Made by a program: the position numbers and the translations under genes. A model generated the notes under the pieces. That model saw only the letters and a list, made by a program, of their open reading frames with translations, had not been told where the DNA came from and ran no database searches. Below are positions 9,867 to 18,149 of a DNA stretch of 31,875 nt, piece by piece. The stretch is from Promethearchaeota archaeon (GTDB taxonomy: Archaea > Asgardarchaeota > Lokiarchaeia > Sigyniarchaeales > SOKP01): assembly GCA_016930515.1 (NCBI GenBank), contig JAFGGO010000043.1, positions 1-31,875 on the forward strand. Direction: 5' to 3'. How positions within the stretch are numbered: position 1 is the stretch's first letter; every line of letters starts with the position of its first letter.

Positions 9867-10068
9867 TAAAGAATATAAAATCGCAAACTAGCTTTTTTGT
9901 GAACCTTACATTGAGGATCTTTTCATTCATGTTTATTTCTACTAAAGCTTTCTTACGATTATAAAAATTCAAATTTCGCACTTCTAAAAAATTTTTCCAT
10001 TTTGGTGAAAAAACAAATTTCGTGCAATTTGAAAACAACGAGGAAACCTATTATTTTAAGCGCATGAC

Positions 10069-10461
10069 CTATTTTTTTTTAGTTTTTTTTAATCTTACAG
10101 AGTAGATTTGCTTAATAGACATCAACCTACTACATTTATTGCATTTTCCTTGATCCTTGTAAACAAAATCACCGTTTTGATAATCTCGAACTGTTGTAGC
10201 TCCGCACGATTCGCAATTTATGATGGATAAAGTCTGTTTTACCGGTTCAGGAGTTTTTGAAGGCATTTGAACGATCGAAGTTCCAATGCATATGACTATA
10301 AATCCAAGAGCAAAATTAAGATATTGATTTTCGGGAAAAACCCCAACATATATGATGACGGCACCTAACACTACTAAGGCTAATACGAATAGAGTTTTAA
10401 GAATCGACTTTCCGCTTGTTTTCTTGTTTAATATTTCCTCATCTTCTTCTTCGTCAATCAC
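10069..10461 (-). CDS. Small membrane protein with two TM helices and a C-terminal C4 zinc ribbon
   Basis: Two hydrophobic stretches followed by CESC...RDYQNGDFVYK...CNKC. Confidence 0.75.
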   Translation of the reverse strand: MIDEEEDEEILNKKTSGKSILKTLFVLALVVLGAVIIYVGVFPENQYLNFALGFIVICIGTSIVQMPSKTPEPVKQTLSIINCESCGATTVRDYQNGDFVYKDQGKCNKCSRLMSIKQIYSVRLKKTKKK

Positions 10462-10633
10462 GAGATCATAAACCTTTCAATACTTTACTAATAATGAGAA
10501 AAATAGCAATAATTTATTCTTTTCTTTATGATTACAAATATTTCCTTGTCAATAGCTTTAAAAAGAAAAAAGTTCAAAAATTTACGACTTTTATTTTAAA
10601 ATATACAAATAATTGAAGTTTTTAAAATTCGCC

Positions 10634-11758
10634 ATGAACACATCTAATACTGATCCATTTAGCCTAATCATGAACCTGCTCTTTTTCCTCCTCATTTTTA
10701 CGAGTATGTTTTACGGACAAAAGTTACAAGGATTTCTCGCTTCAAAACAAATAAGCGACGCTTTAGAAAAATTAAAAAAGTGGAATGATGAGAGCAAGCA
10801 AATACTTCTCAAGAAATTCAAAGAATTTGCGGATAAAAAGGAAACTGAAAAAGATTTAACGATAAAGCTCGAGGAATTCATGACATTTGTAGCTATTTTA
10901 CCCGTCGATCTCGACCCTTACGGTATAATCCCAAAAATTGATCATGTGGTAGATGTTCGGGATGATAGATACAAAGAGGAGGTAAAGAAAATTGCTCCTA
11001 ATGCCGATAGCATTCAAAGTAGTAATTTGGAAAACCTTTTAGAAGCCGCCATGGCGGTTGATTATGTGTACAGGTTAATCAAGCACTACTTGATATTGGG
11101 AAAAAAATCGAAATCGATGATCTTGTTAATGCAAATTTCAATGCAACTAAGCTTGATTTTAGGAATGGCAAAAGCGTATTATTATGCCACAAAGGCTTTT
11201 GCCGAAGGAAGCCCGATTGGAGACGCTCTTGGACCAATGGTTGCAGGACAATTCGTTAGAGATGTCTCCGAGGGAAATGTGGAGGCGATTGAGATCGCTC
11301 GTGACACGATTTATCAGCAAGTTGAATTCGAAGGAAGGACAATTTTTGTTGTTCGAGCGAGAGGCCCGGGAGGAACCGTGGGCAAGCCCGGGAAGGCCAT
11401 TAAAAGCCTAATAGATGAACACGGCGATTCCATATCCCGAATAATCATGATTGACGCAGGATTAAAATTAGCTGGTGATAAGACAGGATCAATCGCAATT
11501 GGCGTTGGAGCAGCCATAGGAGGTGTTGGAGTAGAAAAAGCATATATTGAAACATCGTCAACCGAAAGAACCATTCCTATTGATGCCTTGATATGCAGGC
11601 AATCTTTAGAAGACGCCATTACCACCATGAAACGCCCGATCACGCAATCGGTTCCTTTAATCGTGGAAAAAATAAAGAACGCCATAAGAAAAAGGACATC
11701 TAAAGGAACGAAAGTTATCGTTGCAGGGATTGGTAACTCTATTGGTATTGGTATTTGA
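10634..11758 (+). CDS. DUF1512-family membrane-anchored protein (likely start ATG 10634)
   Basis: N-terminal TM helix, PVDLDPYGII, PIGDALGP, GPGGTVGKPG, IIMIDAGLKL, GVGAAIGG and GIGNSIGI. Confidence 0.8.
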   Translation: MNTSNTDPFSLIMNLLFFLLIFTSMFYGQKLQGFLASKQISDALEKLKKWNDESKQILLKKFKEFADKKETEKDLTIKLEEFMTFVAILPVDLDPYGIIPKIDHVVDVRDDRYKEEVKKIAPNADSIQSSNLENLLEAAMAVDYVYRLIKHYLILGKKSKSMILLMQISMQLSLILGMAKAYYYATKAFAEGSPIGDALGPMVAGQFVRDVSEGNVEAIEIARDTIYQQVEFEGRTIFVVRARGPGGTVGKPGKAIKSLIDEHGDSISRIIMIDAGLKLAGDKTGSIAIGVGAAIGGVGVEKAYIETSSTERTIPIDALICRQSLEDAITTMKRPITQSVPLIVEKIKNAIRKRTSKGTKVIVAGIGNSIGIGI

Positions 11759-11834
11759 ATTAAAGATTTTTATTTTAAAACAATAATAATAATATATAAT
11801 TACATGTTATTAAATCACATTTGATATTATATTA

Positions 11835-11842
11835 TTTATATA
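11835..11842 (+). promoter_or_regulatory. Candidate TATA box (TTTATATA) for a leaderless RHH-sat-AlkP-cysC transcript
   Basis: Archaeal TATA-like octamer starting 26 nt upstream of the GTG at 11861; the AT-rich background weakens the signal. Confidence 0.35.
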
Positions 11843-11860
11843 AAATTTAAAGTTATTATC

Positions 11861-12100
11861 GTGTCTGATGACGAACATAAAGTTGAATATACAACAGTAT
11901 CGATTCCAAAACCACTGGCAGAAAAAGTAAAGGAAAGGATGAAAGGCACTGGTTTTTCATCAGTTTCTAGTTATGTAACTTATATTCTGAGGCAAGTTCT
12001 TTCTTCGATTGAAAAAGACGAACGTTCTAAACAAGCTTTTTCTCAGGAAGAAGAAGAAAAAGTTAAACAAAGACTAAGGGACCTTGGGTATATCGACTAA
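11861..12100 (+). CDS. CopG/ribbon-helix-helix small DNA-binding protein
   Basis: YTTVSIPKPL beta-ribbon followed by helices (GFSSVSSYVTYILR); C-terminal EEEKVKQRLRDLGYID. Confidence 0.8.
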   Translation: MSDDEHKVEYTTVSIPKPLAEKVKERMKGTGFSSVSSYVTYILRQVLSSIEKDERSKQAFSQEEEEKVKQRLRDLGYID

Positions 12101-12128
12101 AATATTTTAAAACAAGAGAATAATAATC

Positions 12129-13277
12129 ATGATTAAACCTCATGGCGGGTCTTTAGTAAATAAGGAGCTCCCAAAAACAGAGAGAGATAAGATTCTTTCA
12201 GAAATAGATGAATATGAGAAAATTATTGTAAAAGATGAGACTGTAAAAGTCGTAAAAAATATCGCATTTGGAGTTTTTAGCCCCTTAGAAGGATTTATGA
12301 ATCAAAACGATTTTAATTGTGTTCTCGAGCACATGTATTTAGAAAATAACTTAGCATGGACCATTCCAATAGTATTGGATATATCCAAAGAAAAAGCGAG
12401 CAATATGAACATCGAGGATAAAGTAATATTGATCAATAAATCTCACGAACCATTAGCCACCCTCGATGTTCAAGATATCTATAAATATGATAAAAAAAAA
12501 TTTGCCAGTAAGATTTATGGAACATTGGATGAAAATCATCCAGGTGTTAATTCTGTATTTAACTTGAAAGAACTATTTATTGGAGGAGAGATATTTCTAT
12601 TACGCGAACCCAGACCTGCTTTTCCTTACTTGGATCTTAAACCCTTAGAAACGAGAGTGTTGTTCAAGCAGAAAAAATGGGATCGGGTTGTAGCCTTTCA
12701 AACAAGAAATCCCCCACATTTAGGACATGAATATATTCAAAAAGCGGGTTTAACATATGTAGATGGACTTTTTATTAACCCCGTAATTGGAAAGAAAAAG
12801 ATAGGCGATTTCCTTGACGAAGTAATTATAAAAGCTTATGAGATATTATTAAAGGAATATTATCCTAAAGACAGAGTCGTATTAAGTACATTTGAAACTG
12901 AAATGTTTTATGCAGGACCTAAGGAAGCTATTTTTCATGCCATTGCGAGAAAAAATTTTGGTTGCGACCATATCATTATAGGACGCGATCATGCAGGTGT
13001 TGGGAATTATTATGGTCCTTACGATGCTCACAAAATATTCGAATTTTTTCCTGATCTTGGAATTGAGCCAATAAAATTTCGATCATTTTCTAAATGTAGT
13101 AAATGTGGTTCTGTCGTTAATGATAAAATTTGTCCACACCCCCCAGAATTTCAAAATTATTTTGCTGGGAAGGATATTAGAGCCGCTTTAATTGCAGGCA
13201 ATCCTCCCGATCCGGAAGTAATGAGACCAGAAGTTGCAAAAGTAATTCTCCAATATCAGAATCCCTTTGTCACATAA
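12129..13277 (+). CDS. sat: Sulfate adenylyltransferase (ATP sulfurylase)
   Basis: PHGGSL, FSPLEGFM, FQTRNPPHLGH, AGPKEAIFHA, IIGRDHAGVG and a Zn site CSKC...CPH. Confidence 0.96.
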   Translation: MIKPHGGSLVNKELPKTERDKILSEIDEYEKIIVKDETVKVVKNIAFGVFSPLEGFMNQNDFNCVLEHMYLENNLAWTIPIVLDISKEKASNMNIEDKVILINKSHEPLATLDVQDIYKYDKKKFASKIYGTLDENHPGVNSVFNLKELFIGGEIFLLREPRPAFPYLDLKPLETRVLFKQKKWDRVVAFQTRNPPHLGHEYIQKAGLTYVDGLFINPVIGKKKIGDFLDEVIIKAYEILLKEYYPKDRVVLSTFETEMFYAGPKEAIFHAIARKNFGCDHIIIGRDHAGVGNYYGPYDAHKIFEFFPDLGIEPIKFRSFSKCSKCGSVVNDKICPHPPEFQNYFAGKDIRAALIAGNPPDPEVMRPEVAKVILQYQNPFVT

Positions 13278-13302
13278 ACTTTATAACAATTAATGAGCAA
13301 AA

Positions 13303-14694
13303 ATGAAGAAGAAAAAAGTAATAGTCATTGGACTAGACTGTGCTACTCCAAAGACACTTTTTGAAGATTTTAAAGATACATGTCCAAACATTAAGAAAAT
13401 GTTAGATAATGGAATATATGGTGCTTTAAAAAGCTCGGATCCTCCCATTACTATTCCCGCTTGGATGGTAATGTCAACTGGTAAAAAAGCAGGAACCTTG
13501 GGATTATATGGTTTTAGACATCGTAAGCAAAATTCTTATAACGAGTATTGGATCGCTAACTCTTATAATATTAGAGAACCAAAAATCTGGGATATTTTAA
13601 GCAAAAAGGGTTTAAAGTCAATCATTTTAGGTGTGCCTCCAACTTATCCCATTCAGAAAATTGAAGGTTATTTGATTTCGGGGTTCATTACTCCAGATAT
13701 TAATGTTGAATTTACCTATCCTCCGGAGCTCAAGGAAGAAATCAAGAATAATGTCGGCAATTATGTTTTAGATGCTAATTTTCGAACTGAAAATAAAGCC
13801 GATCTATTGGTTGAAATTAATCAAATGACAAAGATTCATTTTAAAACCCTTAAATATCTCATTAAAAACAAGGAATGGGATTATTGTCAATTTGTAATAA
13901 TTGGTCTCGATAGAATGCACCACGCTTTTTGGAAATATTACGATAAATCTCACCAAAAATACGAACCCGGTAATTTGTTTGAAAGTGCAATGAAAAATTT
14001 CTATAAAATGATTGACAAGGAAGTTGGAGAAATTCTAGAATTACTTGACGAAGATACAACTGTAATTATCGCATCAGATCACGGAGCAAAAGCAATGGAA
14101 GGATGTTTATGCGTTAATATGGCGTTAGAAAGCCTCGGATTGCTCTCTTTTAAATCTACCCCCGCCCCTAAAACGAAACTTCAAGACGCAGATATCGATT
14201 GGAGTAAAACATACGCTTGGGGCTGGGGGGGGTATTATGCACGAATTTTTTTGAATATGATTGGAAGGGAAAAGAATGGAATAATTCCACCAGAAGATTA
14301 CGATCTCTGGAGAGAGAAAATATCTGAATCATTAAAATCAATAAAGAAACCCGATGGAACCGTAATGAAAACAATTGTTTATAAGCCAGAAGAGTTATAC
14401 GATTCTATTAAAGGCGACTATCCCGACTTAATGGTTTATTTCGACGATCTTAATTGGAGATCTGCGGGAACGGTTGGATACGATTCAATGTATCTTGATG
14501 AAAACGATACCGGGCCTGACGACGCTGTTCACGATTATTATGGTGTATTCGTCATATATGACCCAAAAAAATCGATAGGTAAAAGATTGAAAACAAGAAA
14601 TATACTAGACATTGCACCAACTATATTGAAAATATTTGGATTTGATATACCTGAAGATATGGAAGGAAAAATAATAGATTTTAATCAAACATAA
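13303..14694 (+). CDS. Alkaline-phosphatase-superfamily protein (type I phosphodiesterase / nucleotide pyrophosphatase-like)
   Basis: IGLDCA metal ligand, PPITIPAW (Thr nucleophile position), DRMHH, SDHG, C-terminal H...DIAPTIL. Confidence 0.88.
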   Translation: MKKKKVIVIGLDCATPKTLFEDFKDTCPNIKKMLDNGIYGALKSSDPPITIPAWMVMSTGKKAGTLGLYGFRHRKQNSYNEYWIANSYNIREPKIWDILSKKGLKSIILGVPPTYPIQKIEGYLISGFITPDINVEFTYPPELKEEIKNNVGNYVLDANFRTENKADLLVEINQMTKIHFKTLKYLIKNKEWDYCQFVIIGLDRMHHAFWKYYDKSHQKYEPGNLFESAMKNFYKMIDKEVGEILELLDEDTTVIIASDHGAKAMEGCLCVNMALESLGLLSFKSTPAPKTKLQDADIDWSKTYAWGWGGYYARIFLNMIGREKNGIIPPEDYDLWREKISESLKSIKKPDGTVMKTIVYKPEELYDSIKGDYPDLMVYFDDLNWRSAGTVGYDSMYLDENDTGPDDAVHDYYGVFVIYDPKKSIGKRLKTRNILDIAPTILKIFGFDIPEDMEGKIIDFNQT

Positions 14695-14709
14695 CTTGAA
14701 AGAAAAAAA

Positions 14710-15246
14710 ATGGAACACAAAGGATTTACATTATGGTTTACGGGACTTGCTTGTTCTGGAAAAACGGTACTTGCAGATAAAGTTGCAGAGGAATTACGCT
14801 CTAGGGGCATGAAAGTCGAAAGATTAGACGGAGATACTGTAAGAAAAGGGTTGACTAGAGATCTCGGGTTTTCCGACGAAGACCGAAGGATGAATATCGA
14901 ACGAGTCACCTTTGTTGCAAAACTCCTTACTCGTAACGGAGTGGCCGTTTTGGCGTCCTTCATTTCTCCCTTTAACGATATACGGGCTTATTCACGAAAA
15001 GAAATTGGAGATTACATATTAGTATATGTAAAATGTTCTCTTGAGGGGTGCGAAAAGAGGGATACTAAAGGGATGTACGCACGAGCTAGAGCAGGTGAAA
15101 TAAAAGACTTTACTGGTATCGATTCTCCATTTGAAGAACCTGATAATGCAGACATTATTGTAGAAACAGACAAACAGACCATTGAAGAAAGCAAAAATTT
15201 TATTTTACAAAAATTGAATATTATGGGATATTTACCGAGATTATAA
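14710..15246 (+). CDS. cysC: Adenylyl-sulfate (APS) kinase
   Basis: WFTGLACSGKT P-loop, LDGDTVR, LGFSDEDRRMNIER, ISPF, RDTKGMY and FTGIDSPFEEP. Confidence 0.96.
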   Translation: MEHKGFTLWFTGLACSGKTVLADKVAEELRSRGMKVERLDGDTVRKGLTRDLGFSDEDRRMNIERVTFVAKLLTRNGVAVLASFISPFNDIRAYSRKEIGDYILVYVKCSLEGCEKRDTKGMYARARAGEIKDFTGIDSPFEEPDNADIIVETDKQTIEESKNFILQKLNIMGYLPRL

Positions 15247-15358
15247 AATTTGTGGCTGAATTAGTAAATATTTTTCTTTTTCTTGATCTTATAACTAATT
15301 ATTTTATTTAATTGTATTATTCTTAAGTTTTAACAAGATTGTTTCTTTTTATTATTAT

Positions 15359-16159
15359 ATGTCTTCGAGTCTTAACCATGATTGCTCAATTTTGAAGGAT
15401 AAAAGTTCATTTTTTTTCGATTTAGACGGTACGATCTATTTAGGAAACAATCTTTTTAAAGGTGTTCACGAGCTTATTTCATTACTCAAGGAAAAAAGAA
15501 AAAAATTTTTTTTCCTTTCGAACAATTCGAGTCGATCTACATCTGATTATTTATCAAAGTTGAAAAAAATGAATTTGGAAGTTTCTCGTGAAAATATTAT
15601 ATTATCACAACATCCAACAATAGCTTACTTGAAATACAATAATTACAAAAAAATCTTTCTTTTGGGAAATCAATCACTAAAGGACGAGTTTATTCAAGAA
15701 GGATTTATTTTAGATGAAATTGAACCGGAGATCTTAGTCCTAGCTTTTGATCAAGAATTCACATACGATCGACTTGCAAAGGCTACTTCTTTTCTCTTAA
15801 ATGACATTCCATATATCGCAACTCACTTGGACAATAGGTGCCCTACGGAGGATGGATACATTCCCGACGCAGGAGGAACCGCCGCGCTCCTGTGTAAAGC
15901 TTCGGGAAGGATGCCAAGAGTATTTGGAAAGCCGAATAAGGACATGATATTATTTAAATTAAAAGAATTAGGGATGTGCTCTGAAGATGCTGTGATGTTC
16001 GGCGATCGATTGTACACGGACATGAAAATGGGAAAGGATGCAGGGATAACTACTTGTCTTGTCTTATCAGGGGAATCGACAATGGAAATGTTAGGTGAAA
16101 ACGAAATTAAACCAGATTTTGTCCTCGAAGGTGTTTGGAAATTGCTAGATATTCTCTAA
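15359..16159 (+). CDS. HAD-IIA family phosphatase (NagD / phosphoglycolate phosphatase-like)
   Basis: FDLDGTIY motif I, SNNSSR motif II, GKPN motif III, GDRLYTD motif IV. Confidence 0.9.
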   Translation: MSSSLNHDCSILKDKSSFFFDLDGTIYLGNNLFKGVHELISLLKEKRKKFFFLSNNSSRSTSDYLSKLKKMNLEVSRENIILSQHPTIAYLKYNNYKKIFLLGNQSLKDEFIQEGFILDEIEPEILVLAFDQEFTYDRLAKATSFLLNDIPYIATHLDNRCPTEDGYIPDAGGTAALLCKASGRMPRVFGKPNKDMILFKLKELGMCSEDAVMFGDRLYTDMKMGKDAGITTCLVLSGESTMEMLGENEIKPDFVLEGVWKLLDIL

Positions 16160-16258
16160 TAATTATCATCATTATTTGATCTTAACCATCGATAAATCCA
16201 AAAGAAATTTATCAATAGAATAATTTTCATTCGTATAATTAAAAGAGCACGACGAGAA

Positions 16259-17341
16259 TTGAATCTGAGTATAGACAAAAAAATATCCTTGTTAAAAGAA
16301 GTTGGAGAAGAAATCGTAGAAGAGAACGAATTAAGAAATCTCATACGATCGAAAACAGACACTGGCGCCGATATTTTTGCTTACGATGGATTCGAGCCTT
16401 CAGGAAACATCCATATCGCACAGGGGCTTTTAAGGGCAATTAATGTAAACAAATTAATCAGAGCAGGCATTAAATTCAAGTTTCTAGTCGCTGATTGGCA
16501 TGCTGCCGCGAACCAAAAATTCGGTGGTGATCTCGATGTTATTAAGAAAGTAGGGGATTTTTTCATCGAAGTGTGGAAAGCATGTGATATGGACCTCAAG
16601 AATGTTGAATTTCTTTACGCATCGGATTTAGTCAAGGATCCCGCTTATTGGGAGTTAGTGCTGAAGATCTCGATCAATAGCACGCTTAAAAGAGTAAAGC
16701 GTTGCACTCAAATCATGGGACGGAGCGAATCTGACAAATTATATGCTTCTCAAATTCTTTACCCGATCATGCAAGCTGCTGATGTGTTTTACTTAGGCGT
16801 TGACATCTGTCAGTTGGGTTTAGATCAAAGGAAGGTCAATATGCTCGCTCGTGAAGTTGCCAAGAGCTTGGATCGCCCGAAACCCATATCTATTCACCAT
16901 CACATGCTTATGGGACTTTTAAAACCCCCAGATACCGACAAAAAAGGAGTGGATAGAGTGATACAATTAAAGATGTCAAAATCTAATCCCGACTCAGCGA
17001 TTTTCATGCTCGATTCCACAGCAGACATTAAGAGAAAGATAAATAAGGCATATTGTCCTCCCAAATTGATCGAAGAGAATCCCATTCTCGAATACTGTAA
17101 ATACATCATTTTTGAGAGAATCGATACGATGCTAATTGAACGGCCCGAAAAATATGGTGGAAATATAGAATACGCAAATTATGATCAATTAGAAAAAGAT
17201 TATGCCGATGGAAAATTAAACCCACCAGATTTAAAACCGACCGTTGTTAAATACCTTGACCAACTGCTTGCACCAGTTAGAGAACATTTTAAAAAAGACG
17301 ATAAAGCCAGAACTTTAGGAGAGTATGTAAAAAAATTATAA
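16259..17341 (+). CDS. tyrS: Tyrosine--tRNA ligase, archaeal/eukaryotic type
   Basis: YDGFEPSGNIHIAQG (HIGH variant), ADWHA, YPIMQAAD, GLDQRK and KMSKS. Confidence 0.96.
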   Translation: MNLSIDKKISLLKEVGEEIVEENELRNLIRSKTDTGADIFAYDGFEPSGNIHIAQGLLRAINVNKLIRAGIKFKFLVADWHAAANQKFGGDLDVIKKVGDFFIEVWKACDMDLKNVEFLYASDLVKDPAYWELVLKISINSTLKRVKRCTQIMGRSESDKLYASQILYPIMQAADVFYLGVDICQLGLDQRKVNMLAREVAKSLDRPKPISIHHHMLMGLLKPPDTDKKGVDRVIQLKMSKSNPDSAIFMLDSTADIKRKINKAYCPPKLIEENPILEYCKYIIFERIDTMLIERPEKYGGNIEYANYDQLEKDYADGKLNPPDLKPTVVKYLDQLLAPVREHFKKDDKARTLGEYVKKL

Positions 17342-17366
17342 GTGTTTATAATAAATTCATTCCTAT

Positions 17367-18005
17367 ATGAAAAACACCATGCTCTATTATCTAGTATTGG
17401 GAGATTCCCATATTCCTCGTAGGGTAAAATCAATTCCAGCAGAACTCCAAAAGAAAATCGTCTCGTTATCTGAAGATCGAAGTTTTGATCAGATTTTTTT
17501 TACGGGAGATGTGATACATGCACCAGAATTGATTGCTTTCCTCAAATCAAGATCTATTGGAGGGTTCTCCAGGGTTTTGGGCAATATGGATTATTATGAA
17601 GGAAATAGGGACGCACCAATTTATCAGGAAATAAAGGTTCGTTTATCAGAAAACACGGATTTAATCATCGGGCTAACACACGGAGCAGAGATCAAGCCTC
17701 GAGGAGATAAATCGCAATTAGAAAGACTTGCAATTAATAAGAGGTGTAATATATTAATATCTGGACATACACATAAGGAGGAAATTTTTCTTTCCCCCAA
17801 TGGAGTATTGCTTCTAAATCCAGGGAGCTGCACGGGCGCATGGAGTTTTGTTGCCAGTCAGATTCCATCTTTTATCACCATCGAAATAAGCCAGAAACAA
17901 CACGAATTTTCCGTCTTTCTTTATCAATTGAATAAACTCGAAAATATTATCGAATCATACTCTGAAAAGTTCTTATATTCAAACGGTCGAATAATATTCG
18001 GTTAA
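17367..18005 (+). CDS. Vps29/YfcE-family metallophosphoesterase
   Basis: LVLGDSHIP, TGD, GNMD, IGLTHG, ILISGHTH, NPGSCTGA and PSF. Confidence 0.88.
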   Translation: MKNTMLYYLVLGDSHIPRRVKSIPAELQKKIVSLSEDRSFDQIFFTGDVIHAPELIAFLKSRSIGGFSRVLGNMDYYEGNRDAPIYQEIKVRLSENTDLIIGLTHGAEIKPRGDKSQLERLAINKRCNILISGHTHKEEIFLSPNGVLLLNPGSCTGAWSFVASQIPSFITIEISQKQHEFSVFLYQLNKLENIIESYSEKFLYSNGRIIFG

Positions 18006-18149
18006 ACGAGAGCAGGAGTTATTTTCGTTGTCCTTAGCACTTTTAACCTTAAATTTAGAGCATTTAAAGCCTTTAATTATGAGTGCGGCAAGTTGTAAGA
18101 CAATTAGAAAATTATAAATTTTTTCTAATATTTTGAGAAATGAACTAAC

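Noticed and set aside
9850-10038. Full 62-aa ORF as a protein-coding gene
   Set aside because: Non-ATG start, composition typical of AT-rich noise, no motif; only the internal ATG uORF is kept, as a hypothesis
10416-10616. 66-aa ORF in the divergent promoter region
   Set aside because: Overlaps the start of the Zn-ribbon gene and has K/F/I/N-rich spurious composition
13303-14694. Classical formylglycine sulfatase
   Set aside because: No [C/S]xPxR motif; a Thr-type nucleophile motif is present instead
12129-15246. Dissimilatory or assimilatory sulfate reduction pathway
   Set aside because: No aprAB, dsrAB, cysH or sulfite reductase in the window; only activation to PAPS is supported
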